DNA of 64,000 bases from Octopus sinensis (lineage: Eukaryota). Both the position numbers and the translations under genes were made by a program. The notes under the pieces were generated by a model. The model saw nothing but the letters and a program-made list of their open reading frames with translations. It was not told the origin of the DNA and did no database searches. Every line of letters starts with the position of its first letter. The first letter of the stretch is position 1. Shown in pieces: positions 11,589 through 23,619 of this stretch. The DNA is taken from contig NC_043010.1 of the NCBI RefSeq assembly GCF_006345805.1, forward strand, positions 64,852,001-64,916,000. The letters are read 5' to 3'.

Positions 11589-14445
11589 CTAGTTTCAGCT
11601 TATGAGCTGTGGCCATGCTGGGGCACCGCCATTTGGTGTTGCTACTTGGTATCACTTCATGGAGGCTTTCTAGCAACTGCTATTTGGTGCATGAGAGAGT
11701 TCGATGCAGCTGCCCTCATCTGCCCCTCCTGCCGTGAAGTTGGTTCATCTGGGACACCTGACAGGAAGAGATCCAGCTTCATTTTAAAGACATCTGTATC
11801 CACCCCATGCAGGTTTCTCAGGTTCTTCGGGAGGATATTGAAGAGCTGTGGGCCTCGGAAGCCCAGGCTATCACAGAATCTTGTCCTACATCTTGATGGC
11901 AGGTTTGGAGTCCTAGGCACCACGCAGTGGCGCCCAGTTCTGGCATTTGCGTAACTCTCGATGCCAAAGTTCAGGACACTTCCCTCCGGATCTTCCAGAT
12001 GTATATTATGGCATATCTTTCCCGCCTACGCTCCAGGGAATATAATTTTAATCTCTTGAGTCTTTCCCAGTAGCTTACATTCTGCATAGAGGCTATCTTC
12101 TTCGTGTAGCTTCGTTGGATCGCCTCAAGTTCTGTGATCAACTTGACACTGGATGGTGACCATAGCTGAGAGCAATAGTCAAAGTGGCTTAGGACAAGTG
12201 TCTTCCAGAGGACCATCATGGTTTCTTGTTCTCTTGTTCTAAAGGTTCTAAGAATCCATCCAGCCAGCCGTCTACATTTCATTGTCAGTTTAGCAACATG
12301 TACATGAAAGGTCGCGTCATCACTCATGTGAATACCCAGGTCACGCACTGATTGTGCCTCTGGGATTGCAATCCCTCCGGGTCCAGTGTATTCATTGGGT
12401 ATTGCATTCAGTTTTGCATGCTGATAGTATAAAGCTTGAAACTTTCCAGCATTGAACTGCATGCTATTCTTTTCAGCCCACTTGTATATTTCGTCCAGCT
12501 CACATTGCAGGTGTTTAGTGTCCTCAGGGTTCTGTATTGCCTGTGAAACTTTTGTATCATCTGCATAACTTGTGATCGTGGCTCTCTGCGTGGCTGAGGG
12601 CATGTCTGAGAGGGCCATTATGAACAGTAGTGGTCCCAGAACAGTGCCCTGCGGAACACCGCTCACTATTTGTGTGTTAATGGAGGTGGCCCCATTGGCT
12701 ACTACCACCTGACTTCTATCCTTCAGAAAGTCATGAAGCCATTCTCCCAGTTTTCCAACTATGTTGAGATCACGCAGTTTGTGACATATCATTCCATGAT
12801 CGACTTTATCAAAGGCCTTTGCAAAGTCGAGATATATCACTTCCACATTTGAGTGGTTGAGCAGCCGTTTCAGCACCCAGTCATAGTGTTGTAGGAGCTG
12901 AGTTAAACAGCTTCTCCCTGGTCGGAAACCATGTTGGGTGTCGGGCAGCAAGTCATTCTCTTCAAGGAAGGTGATCAGCTTCCTTCTGACTATTCGTTCC
13001 ATGACTTGCTGATGTGTGAGGTCAGAGAGATAGGTCTATAGTTCTTGGCTTCCGCTCTGCTACCTCCTTTATGAATGGGGCATATTTTACCTTCCTTCAG
13101 TTTTCCTGGAAGTTTGCCAGCTGCAAGGAAGCTCTGAAAGAGGAACTGCAGTGGTCTTGCTAGGGCTCTCTTACATGCTTTTAGGAGGATTGCCGGGAAT
13201 CCATCGGGGCCAGTAGCTGAGTCTGTTTTCATTTCATCTATAGCCTTGGTTACATCGTCTTCCTTTATATCGATGTAACCTATCGTCGCCGCCTCTGATT
13301 TTATATCTGCAGTGGTAAAAAAGTCAGTTGGATTGGTGATTTGGAGATGCCCAAGGGGTGGAGTGAAAACACTCTTGAATTGCTCATTCAGTATTTCACT
13401 TACCCTCATTGGTTTTCCTGTAAGTGTGCCATCCTTTTCGAGGAGTGGCCCTATTCTACAGTGCACTGTAGCTGTTTCTTTGGCATACCTGTAGAAAGCT
13501 CTGGGGTTAGATTTTATGTTTTCTATAGCCCAGGCTTCTTTGTCTGCTCTTTCTTTTTCATGGGAGAGTTGCAGACATTTTTCGATTTCCAACAGTTTAT
13601 TTTTAGGCGGGACTTTTCACTGCTTTCAATCTGTTTGTTTAGGCGATTTGAAAATTTCGTACGCGTCTCATTAAAATTTTCCTCTCTCTGGGGATTTTGT
13701 TCTTGTGTACAGTGGCCTTTCTCTCTGGGACACATTTGTAGCATATGGCTTGCATTACAGACATGAATTGTTGAAGTTTCACGTCGATGTCTGGCGAGGA
13801 GAGACATTTAGGCCAGTTTTGTTTGAGGATCTCTTTCTCAATTTGTTTCCAGTTTGCCTTATGGTAGTTCAAGCTGGAAAGATTTTGAGGGTTTCTTGTA
13901 GGCTGCATGTCCGTGCTCTCTTTTGGCCCGTACATGGTCAGCTCTATCATGTTGTGATCCGAGAGTAGTGTCGGTGTCACTTTCACATTATGGATGAGAT
14001 CCATGTCATTTGTGAAGCAGAAATCCAGTGGGTTACCTGCCCTGGTTGGTTGGAGTATTACCTGCTCCATGTACAGGGTGTTGATGAGGTTCAGGAGGGA
14101 CCTCGCCTGTCCTCGTTCACATCTTGTCATTCCTGGGAGAGAAAAGCCCTCGGGCCATCTGACATTGGGCAGATTGAAGTCTCCCATAAGAAGCACAACC
14201 TATGTGTTGTTCTAATGTGGTTAGAATTTCTTCTATTTTTATAAGGCAGTCTTCAAACTTGCCCACATGGCTTGGGGCATCTGGAGGGCGATATGTAGCA
14301 CACACAACTACATCAAGTTGCCTAATATGTACAATTAGTGTGTCACACACCGAGTTTGAGTATGACAAGAGGACCTGGGGTGTGAGGTCCTCCCGGATGT
14401 ACATAGCAACACCTCCATGACTCCTTTCTTTCCTTTCCTGTTGTT
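11566..14445 (-). mobile_element. CR1-clade LINE, 5'-truncated (APE C-terminus plus RT, frameshifted), (ATCA)n tail
   Basis: HGGVAMY, MGDFNLP, SDHNMI, YRPISLTS, QHGFRPGRSCLTQL, YLDFAKAFDKVDH, GVPQGTVLGPLLF, YADDTK; (gatt)n at 11566-11588. Confidence 0.93.
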
Positions 14446-15400
14446 TGGTTTTTCTTTTTTATGTTTTGTAATTTTCTTAAGGAAGGGATTATTTGTACCC
14501 AATTCATTTTTGAAAGTTGAACTATATTTTTGGAAGAAATCCATGTTTTTCTCCCAGCGTAGGAGAGAATTTCTCTCTTCTTTTTCACAGGTATCCTTCC
14601 AATGATCTAATGTATTTTCGAGGGGTTGTCCCTCGGTATGTTTCTGTATTATATTGTGCATCTCCTCGTCGATGCTTTTAAATTTTTCCTCATTTGTGGA
14701 GGCCCTTAGTCTTAGAAGCTCTATTTCTGATCTTAATTGAACAGAGCTGACTTTTCCCTAATAGTTCTCTGTCCGTCAGGCTCGTTAGGAATTAATTTTA
14801 TCTGGAATTTGCGTGGGAGGATATTGGTGTTGAGTTCATCCATCCCTCGTATATATCTGCTTTGTTGGAATTTGTTATCATGTTCTAGAAGGCGAGTTTT
14901 CTGTTGTGCAGGTTTGTATTCCAAATGTTTCCTATTTTTTCTTTTTGCTGGGTTAATTTGGGTGCGTATGATGTCCTGCTGTGTTTCATTCATTTGGTGT
15001 GTGTTTATTATTTTCGGATTTGTTGATGAAAATTGAATTTAGTGTTGTGTATAACAGTTGCAAATCCTTACTAACCTGGTCAGTGTAGCGAGTTTGTATC
15101 TTCATTGCTTTTACTTTCCCGGGAGAGTAGGTTTGATTCCTCGATTTTGTTGTTCGGGGTAATGAGCTGTGTATTAATACTTTTCAGTTCTTTGAGTATT
15201 CCTCATTTGTATTTTTATCCGAGGTGTTGGTCTTCTGTGGCATTTTCGGTCTCACGTGTTTAATATATAGATAAGAAAGTTGGTTTGTGAAAGCACGTGG
15301 TTGAATATATAGAAAATAGTAAAAAGTGAAAAGACTACAGAAGGCTTAAATGTTAAAAAATATATATTTGCGTCAATATGTCTGAAGAATATTAAAAAAT
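14446..15400 (-). mobile_element. Probable 5' part of the Penelope element interrupted by the CR1
   Basis: K/N/Q-rich ORF pieces continuous in composition with 11555; atagaaaatagtaaaaagtgaaaagactac at about 15308 also occurs at about 10300. Confidence 0.55.
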
Positions 15401-15429
15401 TTTTTCTCTTATAATGGCATAGTTTAGAA

Positions 15430-16560
15430 GAAAGACCGGTTTCGCGTTTAGCTTTTCAAATTTCTTGCGACGTTATGTTTATGTTGAATAGAGTTATCGG
15501 TATGTTTATGTTCAAAAGAGTTCTAAATAAGGGGAGGTAATGAGTGATTTCTTCTGGTGTAAGGGAGATAATCGCTTAAATTTTTTTTCCTTTCCCTTGG
15601 TGTGAATTTCTCTGTATCAGTATGTTGGGATGGTTAAGTCTGGGCTTGTACTTTTCAATGAAGAATGTTTCCTTGTTTAGTCTAATTTGTGTTGATGATC
15701 CGATAGCACATTGGTAAAATGGAAAGATTAAAAATTGTGGTAGTAGTTGCTTTGCGCATTTCTCAATGCGCTCACTAAAAGGTATCATTCTGTATTCTGG
15801 GAATGCAATCTGTTGTCGATGCAGTGTGCATCTACGTCTAAGTGATAGTCCCGTGGATCCCACGTAGTCTTGGTGGCAGCCCGAGCATTTTATGACATAA
15901 ATTATGTTTTCAGAGGCACAAGTAAAGTTAGATTTGATCTTGAATATCTGTCCCTCTTTAAAGAGGAATTCTGATCCTTCTAGCAGGTTTGGACATGTTG
16001 CACAGTTCGATCTACCACATTTTTTTTACTTTTGCATCCGTAATTTCAGAAGACAATTTTGCCTTTGTGAGAATCTTTTTAAGTGATTTAGGTTGTTTGT
16101 AGCTTTTAATGATTTGGTGTATGTTTAGAATTTCCTTTAATTTGGGGTCCTTATGCACAATAGTGTCAGAACAAAATACCAGGAACTTTAGACTGCAAGA
16201 ACTCAAAAACACCCTAATTGATAGACATTACCCAGCTCAACTCATAGAGGATGGGATCAGACGTGCAACAGAAATCAACATAGAAACTTTAGGAAAAGTT
16301 CAACACAACAACACACCTACCCCGAAAATACTAGCTTACATATCTACATACAACCCTAGAAACAAAGAAGCCTTCACCATCATCACCCAGAATTTACCAA
16401 TACTTCATAAGGACCCCAAATTAAAGGAAATTCTAAACATACACCAAATCATTAAAAGCTACAAACAACCTAAATCACTTAAAAAGATGCACACTGCATC
16501 GACAACAGATTGCATTCCCAGAATACAGAATGATACCTTTTAGTGAGCACATTGAGAAAT
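15430..16560 (-). mobile_element. Penelope endonuclease fragment with inverted (fold-back) 5' segment
   Basis: GIY-YIG remnants (CHKMLGLPPRLRG, RLNKETFFIEKYKPRLN); 16074-16155 = reverse complement of 16406-16487; 15758-15833 = reverse complement of 16485-16560 (1 mismatch). Confidence 0.88.
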
Positions 16561-16583
16561 ATATATATATATATATATATATA

Positions 16584-17366
16584 TTGATAAAACGGTAAGA
16601 TAACAAAAGAAAGAAAGAGACCTCAATATTATGTAAATAGAGGAAATTTATCTATACAATATGTTACATTACTCGGTAGTCAAGATAAACTCTGAGTTTC
16701 AGATGCCGAAGTGGAAATCCACACACCATCTCTTCGGTTATCTGGCTATTTGAAAACGTTATGAAAAATACCGTTAAAATGAAGGGAAATTACTCTGTTA
16801 TAACTCTGCTTGCCTGCGTACTTATACATCGCTCGCATTTTTCGTCATAAAAATTATATAAAATACATAAAAATATATAAAAATATATAAAAATATATAA
16901 AATCTTCTTGGGACATAACACAGAAAGCATGTTCTATCCGTTTTCTTTAGGGGACCAAAACGTAACAGAAATTTAGTCACATGTGGGCATGATCCGAAAA
17001 GCTCTGTCCTTGTATTTAGACATGTGGTAGGGTCTAAGCTGCTTTTCCAGATAAGTCATCTTTCCATGTCGCATAAACCGCACCTTCCGCTGCCGTTAGT
17101 ATAGGGCTTACATCTGGCCAAAATCTTCCATTGTATGTTATAATCGACACCTTTATCTCTTAAAGACCAAATATGATTGGATAATTGTGTCGCTTTTCTT
17201 TTGTTCCAGTGCCTAAAGCTCAAAGTGTGGTTATTGAACCTGGCCTTGAAATTACCCTCTGTCAGGCCCACGTATTTCTTCGTCGAAACGGTGTCTTTAG
17301 TGGTTATAGAGTTTACGGTAGCTTCATATATGATGGTCTTCATATATGACTACCGAGTAATGTAAC

Positions 17367-17367
<1 letters not shown>
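16584..17367 (-). mobile_element. Neptune-type Penelope 3' fragment between (TA)n arrays
   Basis: IIYEATV...KKYVGLTEGNFKARFNNH...QWKIL...CGLC; gactaccgagtaatgtaac occurs at about 17348 (+) and inverted at about 16663. Confidence 0.85.
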
Positions 17368-17428
<61 letters not shown>

Positions 17429-17432
17429 ATAT

Positions 17433-17930
17433 ACTAGCAGTATCGGCCGGCGTTGCTCGGGTTTGTAAGGGAAAATAACTATATAAGCATTTTTAGAGAG
17501 TTACTTCCCTTATAGATGCCAATTCGGGCTTTCTTAGCCATTTCTGTTTTGGTGTATTCAAGCCATGAAGTCGTTGTTCTAAAAGAACGTGGTCTCCTTG
17601 ACAACGCATTACGACGTTGATTTCCTTAAACTCCCTTCCCCACAGCTTCACGATGGAGAGAAGAAGGGGGAGAAGCAAACAGGTGCAGGTGTGACCATGG
17701 ACGCCAACTCCGCCGCCATCGACACACGAAAAATTATGCATTAAAATGGAATGAAAAATGATGTTAAATTATCTTTTAAATCGTAGACTCATCGTAGACG
17801 CGCGCTAATACTCAGACGGGCTCGATATGAATCACGACTATAAGATACCCGGTTTAGGTTAAACTGCACCGCAAAATGTGGGAGGAGTTAGGAATCTAAA
17901 TCGAAGGGGACAGACACTCACACAACTAGA

Positions 17931-17935
<5 letters not shown>
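17433..17935 (+). mobile_element. Non-autonomous Helitron/Helentron-like element inserted in (TA)n
   Basis: Starts actagcagtatcggccggcgttgctcggg and ends cagacactcacacaactagagtttta(ta)n, an end architecture resembling HINE/Lep1-type elements; no ORF. Confidence 0.5.
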
Positions 17936-17995
<60 letters not shown>

Positions 17996-18329
17996 ATGTA
18001 TACATACGGTAGTAGCGAATACTTAGCGCGTCAAAGTTAAGCACCGCATTTTGAGGATAGGTATATTCTGACTCAGTAATGGATAGACTATCTGTTTAAT
18101 CTATCAATCAATCTATCTATATTAAAGTTGTACACACACACATATACACACACACACACATAATGTACACACACGCGCTCGATCGTTTGTACGTATACAT
18201 TATACATGGAGAGTGAATTGAACAGTTGCCGTGTGTCCTTTAAATCGCTAAACTGGCTGTACACTGGAACGCCTACACATTTAAACAGATCAATCAGTGA
18301 TGAGACTGGAAATGATATTTATTTGAAGC

Positions 18330-18755
18330 TAAGGCGGTAGGCTGGCAGAAACCCTTACACGCCGGGCGAAATGCTTAGCAGTATTTCGTGTCTTTACTTT
18401 CTGAGTTCAAATTCCACACAGATTGACTTTGCTTTTCCTCCTTTCCGGATCTATAAATTATGTGCCTATTGCGTACTGGGGTCAATCTAATCGACCTGGC
18501 CTTCTCACCTCAAATTTCGGTCCTTGTGCCTAGAGTATAAAAGAATATTTATTTCAAACTTTGGCACAAGGCCACCAAGTTCGGGTGAGGAGGGTTAAAT
18601 CGATTACTTCTACCATAATTCTCAACTGGTACTTGTTTTATTGACCACGAAAAGATAAACGCAAACTCAACTTTGGGCGGAATTTGAACTTAGAATGGTA
18701 ATGACGGGGGAAATGCCGCTAAGCATTTTGCCTTGTGTGCTCGCCGCCCTTATGC
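18330..18755. mobile_element. Two SINE family B copies in tail-to-tail (inverted) orientation
   Basis: aaggcggtaggctggcagaa...gagttcaaattcc (+, 18330-18545) and its reverse-complement homologue (18555-18755). Confidence 0.8.
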
Positions 18756-18962
18756 AGGCACATAATAGTGGTAAAACTATTGAAAGATTATACTACTATA
18801 TACTACTAGACTTGAATATCTGGGTAAGTGAGCGCTCTAAGTGTTTCTAAAGTATTGTGCTTTCCATATAAGTTACATTGAGTGACACCCCTTTCACCAA
18901 TTGTCAAATGGAGATAGTAGTAACTCTGATGGCTTCCGATATTTCTATCAATATATTTCTAT

Positions 18963-19021
<59 letters not shown>

Positions 19022-19029
19022 CTGAAGGA

Positions 19030-19175
19030 CTTGACATTTGCCGTTGTTAGATAGGTATGAACAGTTTTGTTTGTTAATCTGACTTAACTTACTGCAAGGG
19101 TTTACCTTTATTTTTTCCAAGTGATTTTGTATTATTTCTGTTGCCAAGCAGATGCTAGTTTAACGTTGGATTCCT

Positions 19176-19206
<31 letters not shown>

Positions 19207-21180
19207 ATTTGGCTCAAAAGCAAATAGCAAGGCCATGTAGGGGGACATGGAGTTAAGTACAGGGTGGTGTTCATGTAAAGAGTTCAGGCCACTTGAGGTC
19301 CAGGGAGGCTTTGAACAAAGCGGTCGTCGGCATCTTCACCATCTCATCTGGCAGCTTGTTCCACGGATCCGCAACCCGGACGGAGAAAGCTCCTCTCCTT
19401 CGATCGAGATGAAATCGTCGCAGGTAGAGCTTTTCGGAATGACCCCGCAGCCGACGCTCCGGAGCAGGAGTGAAGAACAGCTCTTTCGAGAGGTTACACT
19501 TCCGCTTATGATGTTGTGGGCGAGAATGAGATCACCACGGCCGCGGCGTTTTTCAAGAGAATAAAGGTCGAGCGTCCTCAGCCTTTCTCCGTAGGACAAA
19601 TTTTTGAGACCATGAACCAGGCGGGTAGCCAGCCTCTGGACTCTTTCGAGGTGCTGTATGTCTTTGAGGAGATAAGGAGAAGAGGCTTGAATCCCATACT
19701 CCAATATGGGTCTCACCAGCGTGACATAGAGTGGCAGGAATATGGCTGCTGTGAGCACTCCGAATGACCGTCGAATCAAAAACAGAATTCCGCGCGCTTT
19801 GTTGGCAGCATGGACGCACTGGGCCGAAGGCGAAAAGGAGGAATCCACCAAGATACCCAGGTCCTTTACCTGATCGGTCCTCTCCAGCAGCAGACGACCC
19901 GGCTCGAAATCAAGTTGAGTTGTAGGAGTAGAGCCAACAGGCAGATGACAGCACATTGACACGTTCAGACACAGGTCCCAATCGTTAGACCACTTCCAAA
20001 TTTGGTGGAGGCATCGACGAAGATCCTCTATACTACCGCGAGGAGCGACCAGTTTGATATCGTCGGAAAATAGAAGGGTGTGTTGCGTGAGGTCGTCGGG
20101 CAAGTCATTTATGAAGACTAAGAACAACAAGGGCCCAAGCACTGAACCTTGAGGCACGCCACTGCTCGCACTGGAGACGTCGGACCGCGAACCATTAACT
20201 TGAACTTGGAAGGAGCGATCTGAGAGGAAGGCACCAACCCATCGTACAATATCCGGATGGAAACTATATGCTTGAAGCTTGACAAGTAGTAGGCGGTGGT
20301 TTACCGAGTCAAAAGCTTTGGCAAAGTCCAATAAAACGATGTCAACAGCATCACTATCATCGAGGATGCGCGTCACCAATTCTTCCATTACTAGTAAGTT
20401 GGTCAAGCATGATCTCTTCTGCACGAAGCCGTGTTGGGAATCAGTGATCGAGGCTGTGCTTAGGAGGTGGAGCATCATACGTTTCTTAAGGATGGTTTCG
20501 AACATCTTGCTGATTATTGATGTAAGGGAAACCGGTCGGTAGTTAAGCGGGTCTTCGCGGCTCCCTTTTTTGAAAATTGGGCAGATTATCGCTGTTCTCC
20601 AGTCTGCAGGTATAACACCCGTCGCCAATGACATATTGAATAGTCGTGTTAAGGGCTCGCAGATGACCGGAGCCAACGCTTTGATAACCCGTGGGTGTAT
20701 GCCGTCAGGGCCGTGACCCTTGTTGACATCGAGGCCTTGAATAACACGTTTGACTTGGTCCCGCGTGATGATCAATCGAAGCATTGGAGGTACCGATCTA
20801 TCAAATGGAGGGGGTTCACGACCATCATCTTGTTTGAAAATAGTTGAAAAGCCTCGGCAAATAATTGACTCTGTTGATAAGGGTCCTCAATCGATACGCC
20901 TGTTGAGTCTCTTGAAATTTCTTCACAATTTTCCAAAGTGTTCCTCGGTTAATTTTAAGCCCTTTTGCTATAGATGTATTAGTTTCGTCCCTTTTGCGGA
21001 GGTTATGTTTGTATTTTGGTCTACAGACATTACCTAGTTTATAGATGTGAATATATTTAGTCTGAAGAGAAAAGAAGATACACTAAGCTTTTATAATATA
21101 TAATTTTCATATCTTATTACATCTACTGATATTTATTAAAGCCCGAAATTTCGGTTACCTTAATTTCGGGACGACATCTT
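19030..21180 (-). mobile_element. Tc1/maT-like transposase 5' remnant split by the CR1 (pieces about 20876-21180 and 19030-19175)
   Basis: SIAKGLKINRGTLWKIVKKFQET (HTH) upstream, ATEIIQNHLEKIKVNPCSKLSQ downstream; TIR-like gtcgtcccgaaattaagg near 21170. Confidence 0.5.
19180..20875 (-). mobile_element. CR1-type LINE, 5'-truncated, 482-aa RT ORF, (TAAC)n tail
   Basis: GPDGIHPRVIK, NYRPVSLTS, QHGFVQKRSCLTNL, LDFAKAFDSVNH, GVPQGSVLGPLLF, FSDDIKL; one late frameshift; (tagt)n at 19180-19205. Confidence 0.95.
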
Positions 21181-21190
21181 TTATATATAC

Positions 21191-21252
<62 letters not shown>

Positions 21253-21617
21253 TAGATAAATATTGTTAATAACTAGTATTTTGTGAATGATACCAATGTT
21301 TTGAGGGTGGATATTTTTTAAAATTATTTTTGTCATAGCTCGTACAGAATGCAGGAAGGACAACGCACGAATCTCATTTTCCCTTTCCTCCCCGATGAGA
21401 GAAAAGACTTTAAACGATCTTTAAACCGCACGCCTGAACCGAATGAAGATTCTACTAAAGGTACTTGACGGCCGTGAGGCAGCTGTATCGAAACGTTTAA
21501 AAACGGAGTCAGTCAATTCAAGGCGATCCCACTGAGGGTGTTTCTATAAACGTTTCACTGAGTACACTCGGGCTAACATGACGCTCTGATAAGAGACACT
21601 TGCTCGATGTAGGATTA

Positions 21618-22906
21618 CGAGGGGCGTTCAATAAGTAATGCTCCTGACCCACTTCCCATAGCAGTAGAGCAACGAAACTTGGCACAGTTATTAGTCTTTT
21701 TCTACATAGGAACCACCCAGAGTTACGCATTTCTCCCATTGTTTGATGCAGCTCTGGAGACCGTTTTTGTAGAAGACCCCCAGCTAGGTCCTCCAACCTG
21801 AACGTGACTTCAGAAATCAAGGCTGCATCATCTGGGAAACGCTTTCCTTTCAAAAACAACTTCATGACTGGGAAGAAGTGAAAATCAGAGGGTGCAAGGT
21901 CAGGAAAGTAGGGGAATGGGAGAGGAGTTCATAGCCATACACCTGTGCTTCTGATCTGGCGACAAGCGAGTTGTGGACCAGAGCGTTGTCCTGCAGGAGG
22001 AGGATGCCTTTGCTGATCTTGCCCCGCCTCTTGATTTTGATAACTTCTCTTAATTTCCTCAAAAGTGAAGCATAATAGGCTCCTGCAATTGTGGTACCCT
22101 TTGCCAAGAAATCTGTCATCACTACTCCGTCCTGGTCCCAGAAGACTGTGAGCATGACCATGCCAGCGGAGGGCTGCACCCTTGCCATCTTTGGAGGAGG
22201 TGCGTCACGGTGCTTCCACTGCATTGACTGGACTTTGGTCTCTGGATCATCGTGATGGACCCAGGTTTCATCCTGTGTAATCAGTCTTTTGAAAATGTTT
22301 ACTCATCTTCTTGGCACATCTCCAAATTCACCCTCGAGCACTCGACGCGTTCTTGCTTCTGGAAAGGTGTGAGCAACCTGGGAATCCATCTGGCAGACAC
22401 CTTTTGCATATGCAAATGGTCATGAATGATAGTTTCCACAGACCCGGTACTAATCTTGACTTCATGGGCTATTTGGCGAATAATTATGCGTCGATCTTCC
22501 AAAATGGCAGCCTCAACTTGACGGACAGATGCTTCATCAATGGCAGGAGGGCGACCAGATCTGGGAGCTGTTTCCACAGAGTTCCGACCATGTTTGAATT
22601 CACGATGCCAGCGTTTTACAAGGTCATATGATGGGGCATCATCACCATAAGTTACTTTCATTTCATCAAAAGTCTCCCGTGGTGTGCGTCCTTTCAAATA
22701 CAAAAACCGGATCACTGCTCGACACTCAACAGGTTCCATTTCACACTTGACTCGGTTCAAACACGTGTAAATCAGACACCACAATTAGTTCAGAGCTGTA
22801 GTTTGCCACTTACTCTATAGAGATATATATGATTGCACATGCAACATTTCAGCTAGATCAAACAACTGCAAGTGGGTCAGAGGCATTACTTATTGAACGT
22901 CCCTCG
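21618..22906 (-). mobile_element. Full-length mariner DNA transposon (DD34D), transposase 22739-21691 with frameshifts
   Basis: TA duplications at 21616-17 and 22907-08; about 37-bp TIRs cgaggg(g/a)cgttcaataagtaatgc; ITQDETWVH, WKH, LQDNA, APSDF motifs; 1289 bp. Confidence 0.96.
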
Positions 22907-23619
22907 TAAACCGGAATTCCCGAGAACTCATAAAACTTTTAACTATATAGTTGTACTTAACACCCAAACGGTATAGGATGTGATAGCAGTTGAAGTGGGG
23001 ATGGCAGTGTTGGTGGTGGTGGTGATGGCAGTAGTGGTAGTTTTGGATAGTACAGTTGTTTAGCTCTAAATCAACCTTGATTATGCAGATACCTGTAAGA
23101 TCAAATACCGTTTATTTCAGACACTACATCCAGTACTACATTATTATCTAATATATCCTGTGGCCTATTAACGACAGTAGTGTGTGCTTTTAGAAAGATT
23201 TATCTTCTAAGTGCAACAGGTCGCGTAACCATAGAGCGATTCTTTTTCTGACTCGCCAGGTAAGCCCTGATTGTGCAGACCAATGAACCGTCTTAAGGAG
23301 CATTATAGCCACTCCCCTACCGTGTATAGACTTGGACTGATTTTCGGATTTATTTAGTGACAGAAACCCAAACCATATATAGATTATCGCTGGGTCCTTG
23401 AATTTGGAAATCTCCAGTAAATGGTGTTCCAATCGTGACCCCCACGTCTTTTGTGTTTGTGTGCGTATGCATGTACATATGTATGTGTGTGTTAGGGTGC
23501 ACGCGCATGTAAACGTCAATTTTGCTTTTCGTCTTTCCGAAGTGGACAAAATAATGTGGCAATAGAAGGTATGGGTCGATGTAATCGACTCGCTCCCTAC
23601 CCTAAATTTTAAACCTTGT

